Source of the DNA: an uncultured virus (IMG/VR IMGVR_UViG_3300042544_003275)
Lineage: Duplodnaviria > Heunggongvirae > Uroviricota > Caudoviricetes
IMG/VR virus record: IMGVR_UViG_3300042544_003275
Length of the DNA: 20,000 bases
Reading direction: 5' to 3' (one strand)
This document shows, in pieces, positions 1 to 8,992 of this stretch; the stretch's first letter is position 1, and the number at the start of each line of letters is the position of its first letter. The translations under genes and the position numbers were made by a program. Below the pieces are notes generated by a model, which saw nothing but the letters and a program-made list of their open reading frames with translations, was not told the origin of the DNA and did not search any database.

Positions 1-327
1 GAAGTTGAAATCTGGGGAACTGGTACACCTAAAAGAGAATTTCTTTATGTTGATGATTTAGCTGATGCTTGTCATCATCTTATGTTGAATTATAATGGTT
101 CAGAAATAGTTAATATTGGAACAGGACAAGATGTTACAATTGCTGAACTTGCAGTTGGTATTAAAAATATAGTTGGGTTTGAAGGTGAGATATATTTCAA
201 TCCTAAAATGCCTGATGGCACACCAAGAAAACTTTTAGATGTTTCTAAATTAGAGTCTCTTGGTTGGACTTATAAAACATCCCTTAAAGAGGGAATACAA
301 AAAACTTATGCAGATTATGTCAAATAA
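1..327 (+). CDS. fcl: GDP-L-fucose synthase (GDP-4-keto-6-deoxymannose epimerase/reductase), 5'-truncated by the window edge
   Basis: The frame is open from base 1: [24 protein letters not shown]...[15 protein letters not shown]...[17 protein letters not shown]. These are the characteristic C-terminal motifs of Fcl/WcaG. Adjacent to gmd. Confidence 0.95.
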   Translation, partial: EVEIWGTGTPKREFLYVDDLADACHHLMLNYNGSEIVNIGTGQDVTIAELAVGIKNIVGFEGEIYFNPKMPDGTPRKLLDVSKLESLGWTYKTSLKEGIQKTYADYVK

Positions 328-1363
328 AATCGCATTAATTACCGGTATTACCGGAATGGATGGATCACACTTAGCTGAATTATTATTAGAAAAAGGATAT
401 GAAGTACATGGTATAATTAGAAGAACTTCTACATTTAATACAAGTAGAATAGATCATATCTTTAGTCAGTTAAAATTACATTATGGTGATATGACTGATC
501 CATTGGTTATTACAAATCTAATCTCACAAATTAAACCTGATGAGATTTATAACTTAGCCGCTCAATCACACGTTAAAGTTTCTTTTGAAGAACCTTATTA
601 TACGGCTCAAGTTGATGGTGTTGGTACACTTTCTATTTTAGAGTCAGTTAGAAATCATTGTCCACAATGTAAAGTCTATCAAGCTTCAACTTCTGAACTA
701 TATGGTGGTATTATTGAAAATATGCCAGAAACTGGATATACCGAAGAAACTATTATGCACCCTAGAAGTCCTTATGGATGTGCTAAGATGTATGCTCTTT
801 GGATATCAAAAAATTATAGAGAATCTTATAATATGTTTGCTTGTAATGGTATTCTATTCAATCACGAAGGTGAGAGAAGAGGAGAAACCTTTGTTACAAG
901 AAAAATTACTTTAGCTTTAGGTGCTATTAAAAATGCTTTAGATAATGGATTATTAGAAATTCCAAAATTAAAGTTAGGAAATCTTTACTCAAAGAGAGAT
1001 TGGGGATATGCTAAAGATTATGTTTATGGAATGTGGTTAATGATGCAACAAGATACACCAGATGATTATGTTCTTTCTACAGGTGAAACACATACCATTA
1101 AAGAGTTCATTGAATTGGCTTGTAAAGAATGTGGTTGGAATATTAACTGGGTTGGTGAAGGATTAGATGAAAAAGGGGTATTAGATAATGGATTAACTAT
1201 TGTTGAGATTGATGAAAGATACTATAGACCAGCTGAAGTTGATGTTCTTTTAGGTGATTCTTCTAAGGCTAAGAATGTATTAGGATGGGAACCACAAGTT
1301 AAATTCAATGAATTGGTAAAAATCATGATGGAACATGATATTAAAAAACAATCTATTATATGA
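317..1363 (+). CDS. gmd: GDP-mannose 4,6-dehydratase
   Basis: Likely start is ATG 317 ([21 protein letters not shown]), overlapping the fcl stop. Motifs: [28 protein letters not shown] (YxxxK), [22 protein letters not shown]...RDWG, RPAEVD.LLGD. Confidence 0.97.
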   Translation: MSNKIALITGITGMDGSHLAELLLEKGYEVHGIIRRTSTFNTSRIDHIFSQLKLHYGDMTDPLVITNLISQIKPDEIYNLAAQSHVKVSFEEPYYTAQVDGVGTLSILESVRNHCPQCKVYQASTSELYGGIIENMPETGYTEETIMHPRSPYGCAKMYALWISKNYRESYNMFACNGILFNHEGERRGETFVTRKITLALGAIKNALDNGLLEIPKLKLGNLYSKRDWGYAKDYVYGMWLMMQQDTPDDYVLSTGETHTIKEFIELACKECGWNINWVGEGLDEKGVLDNGLTIVEIDERYYRPAEVDVLLGDSSKAKNVLGWEPQVKFNELVKIMMEHDIKKQSII

Positions 1364-2064
1364 TACATATTTTATGGTGTACACTAAGACCTGAACAATT
1401 TAAGTCAGCTCACACCGAATGGATTAAAAGATCTGATAATCCAGAAAACATACAAACTTATGTTGCTGTTAATTGGCAACAACACGCTGATGAATTAAAA
1501 GAATATCTTAAAAGTAATTTTTTAATCACACTTAATACTAATAGAATTGGGGTTTGTTACCCATCATACCAATTATCTTCTAACTTAGGAGTTAAGATGG
1601 GTCAATGTAAAGATGACGATATAGTCGTTTTTGCTTCTGATGACTTTATGGCACCTCAAGGATGGGACACCTACCTAATTAATAAACTTAGTGGTAAGGG
1701 AGATGTTGGTTTGATGGTTAGAGATGGTTATCAATTACCAGACTCATCAAATATGTTACATGCAGCTATTACTATTCCAATTATGACTTATGGTTGTTTA
1801 GTAAAGATGAACAGAACTATTTACCATCCTGCTTACAATCATATGTTTTCAGATTGTGAATTATACAATACACTAAAAGATATGGATATGTTGTATGATG
1901 ATAGATTAAATGATGAAACAACATTTGAGCATCACCATTATGCAGCTGGTAAAAGACAACCGGATCAAGCTGACCAAGCTTATAATAATAAATGGAAAGA
2001 AGATGAACTGACTTGGAATAAAAGAAAACTAATGTCAGTAGAAGAAAGAATTATAGTTCAATGA
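1360..2064 (+). CDS. Putative GT-A fold (GT2-like) glycosyltransferase
   Basis: VVFASDDF acidic metal-binding motif after a hydrophobic strand, TIPIM, Y.HMFSD.EL and a C-terminal FEHHHY, the pattern of short GT2-like phage proteins. ATGA overlap with gmd. Confidence 0.65.
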   Translation: MIHILWCTLRPEQFKSAHTEWIKRSDNPENIQTYVAVNWQQHADELKEYLKSNFLITLNTNRIGVCYPSYQLSSNLGVKMGQCKDDDIVVFASDDFMAPQGWDTYLINKLSGKGDVGLMVRDGYQLPDSSNMLHAAITIPIMTYGCLVKMNRTIYHPAYNHMFSDCELYNTLKDMDMLYDDRLNDETTFEHHHYAAGKRQPDQADQAYNNKWKEDELTWNKRKLMSVEERIIVQ

Positions 2065-2888
2065 AAAAGAAAATTAAAATAGACTTCTCAGATTTCTGGG
2101 GAGGATATAATAAAACAGATAATTACTTTTATAATTTACTGAAGGAAGAATTTGATGTTGAAATATCAAATAATCCAGATTATCTTTTCTTTTCACTATT
2201 TGGGAATCAACATCAAAATTATAACTGTACAAAGATATTTTACACAGGTGAAAATGTAGCACCACCATTAGGATATTGTCAATACTCTTTTTCATTTGAT
2301 TATTTAGATGATAATAGAAATTACAGACTACCACATTATTTACTTTATGATGGATATTATGAATTGGTTAGACCTAAAATTATAGAAGAATCTATGGCTA
2401 ATAGAAAGTTCTGTAATTTTGTTGCTTCTAACGGAGATTGTCAAGAAAGAAATCAATTTGTTCAACAGTTATCAAAATATAAAAAAGTAGATTGTGGTGG
2501 TCGATGGATGAATAATATTGGAGGACCTGTTTCTGATAAAAAGAAATTCCAATCAGAATATAAGTTCTCTATTGCTTTTGAGAATAATGCTTACAGACCT
2601 CAACATCCTGGTTACACAACAGAAAAGATTATGGAACCAATGACAGTTAATTCTATTCCTATTTATTGGGGCAATCCACTAATCTATAAAGAATTTAATA
2701 CAAAATCATTTGTTAACTTTTATGATTTTAAATCTGAAATTGATATGATTGAGTATATAATAGAGTTAGATAAGGATGATAATAAATACTTAGAAATGTT
2801 AAACCAATCTTGGTTTACAGACTATAATATACCAAATAATAATAAGATTGATAATATAAAATCATTCTTATATAAAATATTTAATTAA
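2061..2888 (+). CDS. Alpha-1,3/1,4-fucosyltransferase, GT10 family (Helicobacter FucT-like)
   Basis: DFSDFW, NPDYLFFSLFG, KIFYTGEN, FSFDY, RNYRLP, KFCNFVASN, YKKVDCGG, YKFSIAFEN, GYTTEKI, IPIYWG and EFNTKSFVN make up the full GT10 motif set. Confidence 0.93.
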   Translation: MKKKIKIDFSDFWGGYNKTDNYFYNLLKEEFDVEISNNPDYLFFSLFGNQHQNYNCTKIFYTGENVAPPLGYCQYSFSFDYLDDNRNYRLPHYLLYDGYYELVRPKIIEESMANRKFCNFVASNGDCQERNQFVQQLSKYKKVDCGGRWMNNIGGPVSDKKKFQSEYKFSIAFENNAYRPQHPGYTTEKIMEPMTVNSIPIYWGNPLIYKEFNTKSFVNFYDFKSEIDMIEYIIELDKDDNKYLEMLNQSWFTDYNIPNNNKIDNIKSFLYKIFN

Positions 2889-2892
2889 TATA

Positions 2893-4275
2893 ATGACTAA
2901 GAAAAAATGTGCTTTAGTTTTAATAACTGGAGATAGAGTTGATTATATAGACAGTTCTATAAAATCTTGTCTTAATCTTATTAATAAATATAATAGTGAG
3001 ATTGAGACAGATATATATTTAATATGTTTTGATGGTGTTAAAGTAGTATCAAATAATAATATTAAGACTTTATCTTTTGATAGACCAACTATTGAATCTG
3101 ATATTGTTCTTAATTTCCCAAGAAGTATCCAGCAAGTAAATAATTACTCAAATGATATTGAGTTAACTAAAAGAATATCATTAGGTCATTTAATTCTATT
3201 TGGATTAGTTCCAGATACAATATTTAAGAATATCAATATATTTAGTCAATATGATTATATTCTAAAGTCTAGAGCTGATTTAGTTTTTGATTTCAATGAA
3301 AATGATATAATTAACTTCAATCCAAGTAATCAACTATTAACATTTGAATGTTTTTGGGGTGGTTGTAGATATAATTCAAACTTTACTAATGATCATTTTG
3401 TTTTTGGTGAAAGTTCTGAGGTATTAAAACTAATATCATTTCCTATTAATGAATGTATTATTGATAAATTTTGGAATCCGGAACAGTACATGACATATAT
3501 TTTTACAAAGTCTAGTAAAAGTAAAGTTCAAATAAGTACTGATAAATATTATCTTCTATCTAAAGATAGAGATAGTAGAAAGTGGATAGGATTTCCTTTA
3601 GAAAAAATAAATAAAAATGATATTAACTTTTTAAAAAATATGGATATAGATATTACAAAAATTAAATTTACAAATGAATATGAAAATATAAATAGTTGTT
3701 CAATTGTTATAGCAAGATATAACGAAGATTTATCTTGGTCTTCATTATTAAATAAAAATTTAAAAATTTACTTATATAATAAAGGAAATGAAATAATTTC
3801 AAATTCTTTAAATTTACCTAATATTGGTAGAGAATCAGATACCTTTTTACATCATATAATAGAAAATTATGATACAATTGATGATTTTACAATATTTCTA
3901 CAAGGAAATCCATTTTTTCATTATTATGGAATAATTGAATTTATAAATGGTGAACATTATAAAAAACAAGATATATTTTTTGTTTCAAATAGAATAGAAA
4001 CTGATGATATTAATGGTCTACCAAATCATGGAGGATTAAAAATATCTAATGTCTTAAATGATATGGGTATAAAATTTGACCAAGATATAAAATTTAAGTT
4101 TTCAGCAGGAGCTCAATATTGTGTACATAAAAAATTTATACATAATAAAAGTTTAGATTGGTGGAAAAAACTATATCAAGTACATAATAAATATTTAAAT
4201 ATACCTGGTATAAGCGGTTCTCCTTGGATATTTGAAAGAATTTGGCCACTAATATGGTCTATTGAAGAAAAATAA
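2893..4275 (+). CDS. Two-domain protein: N-terminal putative glycosyltransferase-like domain fused to a C-terminal DUF3431-like domain
   Basis: N-half has YDYILKSRADL, NDHFVFG and NPEQ. C-half (from about 3692) has IVIARYNEDLSW, YNKG, LPNIGRESDTFLHHIIENYD, TIFLQGNPF, FSAGAQYCV and PWIFERIW, typical of DUF3431. Confidence 0.7.
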   Translation: MTKKKCALVLITGDRVDYIDSSIKSCLNLINKYNSEIETDIYLICFDGVKVVSNNNIKTLSFDRPTIESDIVLNFPRSIQQVNNYSNDIELTKRISLGHLILFGLVPDTIFKNINIFSQYDYILKSRADLVFDFNENDIINFNPSNQLLTFECFWGGCRYNSNFTNDHFVFGESSEVLKLISFPINECIIDKFWNPEQYMTYIFTKSSKSKVQISTDKYYLLSKDRDSRKWIGFPLEKINKNDINFLKNMDIDITKIKFTNEYENINSCSIVIARYNEDLSWSSLLNKNLKIYLYNKGNEIISNSLNLPNIGRESDTFLHHIIENYDTIDDFTIFLQGNPFFHYYGIIEFINGEHYKKQDIFFVSNRIETDDINGLPNHGGLKISNVLNDMGIKFDQDIKFKFSAGAQYCVHKKFIHNKSLDWWKKLYQVHNKYLNIPGISGSPWIFERIWPLIWSIEEK

Positions 4276-4284
4276 ATAGATAAA

Positions 4285-5010
4285 ATGAAAAATATAATAT
4301 CATATAGTTTATGGGGCGATAAACCTATTTATTGGAAAGGAGCTCTTTCTAATATAGAACTCGCTAAAATATATTTTCCTGGATTTATTTGTAGATTCTA
4401 TATAGACTCACAATGTGATTCTAGTTTAATTGAAACTATAAAGGGTGATAATGTTGAGGTAGTTCTTGTTGGTAAAGATAAAGAGTATCAAGGAATGTAT
4501 TGGAGATTTGAAGCAGGTCAGGATGAAGATGTTGATGTTTTTTTATCCAGAGACTGTGATTCCAGACTCTCTGAAAGAGAAAGTAAAGCCGTGAACGAAT
4601 GGGTTTTGTCAAATAAAGATTTTCATATAATGAGAGATCATCCATATCATACAGTTCCAATCTTAGGTGGAATGTGGGGATCTAAAAATGGATTAATGAG
4701 TAAAATAAACTTCTTAAAATTAGTTGAAGATTGGAGAGTAAAAAGAAATCAAGATATTGTTAGAGTATCAGGTCATCGACAACACTCAATTAACGCATAT
4801 GGTGATGATCAAGACTTTTTAAGAGAATTTATATATCCATTAGTAATAAACAATACTATGGAACACTCTGAATTTAATTTAAGATTTGGGGGAGAAATTA
4901 GATACTTCCCGACTATAAGAAATAATTACGAATTTGTTGGTGATGTATTTGATGAGAATGATATTAGAAATCCAGACTATTGGGTATTAATAAAAAATGT
5001 AATAGGATAA
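4285..5010 (+). CDS. Conserved uncharacterised protein, putative GT-A glycosyltransferase (ISYSLWG...RDxDSR...HIMRDHPYH family)
   Basis: ISYSLWG, GMYWRF, SRDCDSRLSERE (DxD), DFHIMRDHPYH, ILGGMWG, DQDFL, FVG. Function is inferred from the DxD motif and gene context. Confidence 0.6.
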   Translation: MKNIISYSLWGDKPIYWKGALSNIELAKIYFPGFICRFYIDSQCDSSLIETIKGDNVEVVLVGKDKEYQGMYWRFEAGQDEDVDVFLSRDCDSRLSERESKAVNEWVLSNKDFHIMRDHPYHTVPILGGMWGSKNGLMSKINFLKLVEDWRVKRNQDIVRVSGHRQHSINAYGDDQDFLREFIYPLVINNTMEHSEFNLRFGGEIRYFPTIRNNYEFVGDVFDENDIRNPDYWVLIKNVIG

Positions 5011-5874
5011 ATGAAAATAGTTATTATACAAGAGGCTGGTCGACACGAGAAAAATAAAAATTTTAGAGAGTCTTTGTGTTTACAAAACGCTTTATCTAGA
5101 ATTGAAGGAGTGGAATCTAAAGTTTGGGGATTAAATTATCCAGATTTTAATATTCACTTTTCGGAAATAGAAAAATGGGCAGATGTTATATTTTTGATTG
5201 AGAACTATACATCCGAATGGTTACCCGTTAGTGAAATATCAAATAGTAAAAAATTAAAAATATTTTGGAGTATTGATAGTCACTGTGTTTTAGAACAACA
5301 TAAACAACTTTGTAGACTTTTAAATATTGATATATTATTAAACTCAACAGAATCATATTTACCAAACTTTGATGGATTAGTAAAAAAATCATATTGGTTT
5401 CCCAATTCTTATCCTGGTGAGTTAATTTTTCCAAAGAATATAGAAAAGACTGTAGATATTGGATTCTGTGGAAATGTTTTAAATAGAGGTCATGTGATAG
5501 ATTCACTTGATAAATATGATATTAAAAAAGACATCTTTGTTATTGGTGATGATATGGTAGATGTAATAAATTCATATAAGATTCATCTAAATTGTAATAT
5601 ATCAAATGATATTAATTACAGAACATTTGAGACTACAGGATGTGGAACATTTCTATTAACAAATTATACACCAGGTCTTGAAAAATTATTTGATATTGGT
5701 AAAGAAATAGTTGTTTATAATGACTTAAATGATTTAGATAATAAAGTAGAGTATTATTTAGAAAATGAAGAAGAAAGAGAAAAAATAGCAAAAGCCGGAT
5801 ATGAAAGATCTAAAAAAGACCATACTTATTATGAGCGTGCTAAAACCTTAGTAAATATAATAAAAAATAAATGA
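5011..5874 (+). CDS. CgeB-like GT-B glycosyltransferase (Glyco_trans_1_2-type C-terminal domain)
   Basis: IGFCG, YKIHLN, NYRTFETTGCGTFLLT, LFDIGKEIVVY, YYLENEEEREKIAKAGYER...HTYYERA. Confidence 0.85.
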   Translation: MKIVIIQEAGRHEKNKNFRESLCLQNALSRIEGVESKVWGLNYPDFNIHFSEIEKWADVIFLIENYTSEWLPVSEISNSKKLKIFWSIDSHCVLEQHKQLCRLLNIDILLNSTESYLPNFDGLVKKSYWFPNSYPGELIFPKNIEKTVDIGFCGNVLNRGHVIDSLDKYDIKKDIFVIGDDMVDVINSYKIHLNCNISNDINYRTFETTGCGTFLLTNYTPGLEKLFDIGKEIVVYNDLNDLDNKVEYYLENEEEREKIAKAGYERSKKDHTYYERAKTLVNIIKNK

Positions 5875-6818
5875 GAGTTTTAGTAACAGGAGGAGCAGGA
5901 TTCATTGGATCTAATATAGTAAAAAATCTTAACAATGATAATTCCATTAGAAGTATAGTAGTTCTTGATAACTTATCAAATGGTGATGTTAATAATATAA
6001 TAAAATCAGATAAAATTTCTTTTATAAAAGGTGATATATGTGATTTTGAATTAGTAAATAACATATGTAAAGAAATTGATGTAATTTGTCATCAAGCTGC
6101 TTGGGGGTCGGTACCAAGATCAATAGAACAACCAAAAGATTATATGAGTAATAATGTTTATGGATTCAGTTGTATTGTAGAGGCTGCTAAGAATAATGAA
6201 ATTAAAAAAATTATATATGCTAGTTCATCTTCCGTTTATGGAGACAATAATTCTTTTGAAAAAGAGGAAAATCAAATAGGAAAACAATTATCACCATATG
6301 CTTTGAGTAAAAGATTTGATGAGATGTTATCTGATAATTTTCATGATTTATATGGTATTGATTTTTATGGTCTTAGATACTTTAATGTTTTTGGTGAGAA
6401 TCAAAGATGGGACTCTGAATATTCAGCAGTTATTCCGAAGTTTATAAAGTCAGTAATAGAGAATGAACAACCTATTATATTTGGAGATGGAGATCAAAGT
6501 AGAGATTTTACATATGTGAAAAATGTAGTTGATATGAATGTGAATCTTATAAAGAATATAAATATAAAAGGATCTCATGTATTTAATGTTGGTCTGGGTA
6601 AAAGTACATCTGTTAATGAATTATATAGATTAATAAAAGAAAAACTAAATTCGGATATAGTTCCAATTTATAAAGAAAAAAGAAAAGGTGAGATTTTAAA
6701 TTCATTAGCGAATATAAACTCATCTAAAAAAGTAGGATATAATCCAAAAATTGAAATAGAAGAAGGCTTAGAGAAAACAATACAATGGTTTAAACAAAGC
6801 TTCAATAAATCAATATAA
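5871..6818 (+). CDS. NAD-dependent UDP-GlcNAc(A) C4-epimerase, WbpP/TviC-like extended SDR
   Basis: TGGAGFIG, HQAAWGSVPRSI, YASSSSVYGD, SPYALSK, GLRYFNVFG, YSAVIPKF, GDGDQSRDFTYVKNV. The GSVPRS and YxAVIPK motifs point to the WbpP/TviC subfamily. Confidence 0.88.
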   Translation: MRVLVTGGAGFIGSNIVKNLNNDNSIRSIVVLDNLSNGDVNNIIKSDKISFIKGDICDFELVNNICKEIDVICHQAAWGSVPRSIEQPKDYMSNNVYGFSCIVEAAKNNEIKKIIYASSSSVYGDNNSFEKEENQIGKQLSPYALSKRFDEMLSDNFHDLYGIDFYGLRYFNVFGENQRWDSEYSAVIPKFIKSVIENEQPIIFGDGDQSRDFTYVKNVVDMNVNLIKNINIKGSHVFNVGLGKSTSVNELYRLIKEKLNSDIVPIYKEKRKGEILNSLANINSSKKVGYNPKIEIEEGLEKTIQWFKQSFNKSI

Positions 6819-6835
6819 AATAAAAAATAAAAAAT

Positions 6836-7507
6836 ATGGGTAGAATTTTAGTAGTATCTCCACATACTGATGATGAGTTATTTGGAGTAGGAGGAACTCT
6901 TCTAAAAAGAAAAAATAAAGGTGATGATATAAAAGTGGTTGTTATGTCTTGTTCAGAAAGATATTTACATCATTTAGGTAGATGCATCACTGAAGAAGAA
7001 CAATGGATGGAATTCAAAAAAGTTGCTAGTTTTATCTCAACAGAAGAACCTTTAAAGTTTGATACAGATGGATTAAGATTGGAAGAAGTTCCTCAGTATA
7101 AAATTGTTAGATGGTTAGATGAATTAATAAGAACCTATCATCCAACTACAATTTATATACCAGAGCCTTCTTATCATCAAGAACATAAAGATGTTTATAA
7201 TGCTTGTATTTCGGCTGTAAGACCAACCGGAGTTGGACTTATTTTAGAGATAATTTCATATGAAATACCTACTTCAACATGGTCAGATCCGTCAAATAAA
7301 TTTCAGCCTAATTTATATGAAGATATAGAAGAGACAATAGAAGAAAAAATAAAGATATTTAAAGATAATTATCTTCTTCAATATACAACGACTAAAAGAG
7401 ATAAGTTAGGTGAAGTTGGAATAAGATCACACGCTAACTATCGTGGATTTGAATGTGGATTAAAAGTTGCAGAAGCTTTTAATATAATTAAAAGTGTGAG
7501 AATATGA
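6836..7507 (+). CDS. PIG-L/LmbE family N-acetyl sugar deacetylase
   Basis: ILVVSPHTDDELFGVGG (PHxDDE), HQEH (variant of HxDH), YEIPTST.W, FQPNLY.DI, RG...G...AEAF. Confidence 0.88.
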   Translation: MGRILVVSPHTDDELFGVGGTLLKRKNKGDDIKVVVMSCSERYLHHLGRCITEEEQWMEFKKVASFISTEEPLKFDTDGLRLEEVPQYKIVRWLDELIRTYHPTTIYIPEPSYHQEHKDVYNACISAVRPTGVGLILEIISYEIPTSTWSDPSNKFQPNLYEDIEETIEEKIKIFKDNYLLQYTTTKRDKLGEVGIRSHANYRGFECGLKVAEAFNIIKSVRI

Positions 7508-8175
7508 GAGTTAACTTTTTTGATTTAGGTTCGTTTGATGGAATGGAATCTAAAATAATTTTAGATGTATTTGAGGAATTAAATATTGATGATTTTAGAG
7601 TATATGCATTTGAACCTTGTTTAGATTCATTTAATAATATTAAAAATCTTATTGGTGAAAATAACAATGTTGTATTAGTAAATTCTGGAATATCTGACAA
7701 GAATGAAAAAATAAAACTTTATCATTCATTTTCTGGAAATGAAGTAGGTCATTCTATTTTTTCAACAAAAAACAACGTATTTGAAAATGATTATGAAGAA
7801 ATTGATGTTGTTAAATTTTCTGACTTCTGTATTAAAGAAAATATTTTAGTAAACGAATGTTTGAATATAATCAAATTCAATATTGAAGGTGCTGAATGGC
7901 ATTTAATAAACGATCTTATAGATTCAAATTTGATAGAACATATTCATATATTCTGTGGAGATGGTATAGATATTTACAAAATTACAGAACTAAATAAGTT
8001 TGTAGATGATTATGAGTTAAAATTAAAAAAATTTAATATCAATATTATTCCATTTTCGGCACAGGGTTATGAAAATGAGATTCAAAGAGTCTATGATGAA
8101 AAAAGTATATTAAAAGACAAAATAAAAATTGAATATGAAAAATTGCAGAACAATAAATCAGGATTTACTAACTAA
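7504..8175 (+). CDS. FkbM-family SAM-dependent methyltransferase
   Basis: FFDLGSFDG (motif I), VYAFEP, GISDK, IIKFNIEGAEW (variant of KxDxEG). Confidence 0.82.
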   Translation: MRVNFFDLGSFDGMESKIILDVFEELNIDDFRVYAFEPCLDSFNNIKNLIGENNNVVLVNSGISDKNEKIKLYHSFSGNEVGHSIFSTKNNVFENDYEEIDVVKFSDFCIKENILVNECLNIIKFNIEGAEWHLINDLIDSNLIEHIHIFCGDGIDIYKITELNKFVDDYELKLKKFNINIIPFSAQGYENEIQRVYDEKSILKDKIKIEYEKLQNNKSGFTN

Positions 8176-8992
8176 TCCAATTGATAGAACTCTAAATAAG
8201 TTCATAGATTCCAATACAAAAGTTTTTACCATAGGAAGCTGTTTTGCTTTAGAGATAAAAGATTTTCTTATGAAAAACTCATATAATGTTTTGGTTTCTG
8301 AGGAGAATAGCGAAACACCTGAACCAAAATTGATATGGTATAATACTTATAACATACTTTATGAATTTGAAAGAATAACTGGTGAGTTCGTTCAGGATGA
8401 AGATGATGTTTGGAATTTAGGAAATAGATGGCAGGATCCATATAGAAGATGTGTGTTTGCGGATACAAAAGAAGAACTATGGAAAAAAATCGAAAAACTG
8501 AATAGAGATACCAGTTATGGTATTCTGAATGCTGAATGTTTGATAATAACATTAGGATTGACAGAAACCTTCTTTCAGAAAAATGGGAAAGCCATTTGTG
8601 CCTCTCCTGGTTATGCTAGTGGTGGTGGTCAAGATTGTGAATTTGTTGCGACAAAATTCACAGATAATTACAACAATGTTAAGAAAATCATAGAAATAAT
8701 AAAAAAGGTAAATCCAAAATGTCAGCTTGTATTGACGGTTTCTCCAGTTCCTTTGGGTATGACATTTAGAAATCTCGATCACTTAGTGGCCAATACAGAT
8801 AGCAAATGTATTCTAAGAACAGTTGCTGGTCAAATTCAAGAAGACTTTCCAGAAATGGTCAATTATTTTCATAGTTTTGAGATTTCAAATAATACCGACA
8901 AAAGATCTGTATATATTGATGATGCCCGACATGTCAAAAGAGACTTTGTTGATATTATCATGAAAGATTTTAAGAAATATTTTATCATATGA
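8135..8992 (+). CDS. GSCFA-domain protein (SGNH-like, polysaccharide-locus associated)
   Basis: VFTIGSCFA, IITLGLTE, VLTVSPVPL, DSKCILR, YFHSFE and DARHV (DxxH). ATG 8135 is preferred over the TTG at 8129. Confidence 0.9.
   Translation: MKNCRTINQDLLTNPIDRTLNKFIDSNTKVFTIGSCFALEIKDFLMKNSYNVLVSEENSETPEPKLIWYNTYNILYEFERITGEFVQDEDDVWNLGNRWQDPYRRCVFADTKEELWKKIEKLNRDTSYGILNAECLIITLGLTETFFQKNGKAICASPGYASGGGQDCEFVATKFTDNYNNVKKIIEIIKKVNPKCQLVLTVSPVPLGMTFRNLDHLVANTDSKCILRTVAGQIQEDFPEMVNYFHSFEISNNTDKRSVYIDDARHVKRDFVDIIMKDFKKYFII

Noticed and set aside
260..316. N-terminal extension of gmd given by the ORF track (start 260)
   Set aside because: It lies within fcl and begins at a non-ATG codon. Gmd homology begins at ATG 317, which gives a typical short overlap.
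938..1195. 15-bp direct repeat ttagataatggatta (938-952 and 1181-1195) inside gmd
   Set aside because: Only two copies, both in frame and encoding LDNGL in AT-rich DNA. There is no array or mobile-element structure.
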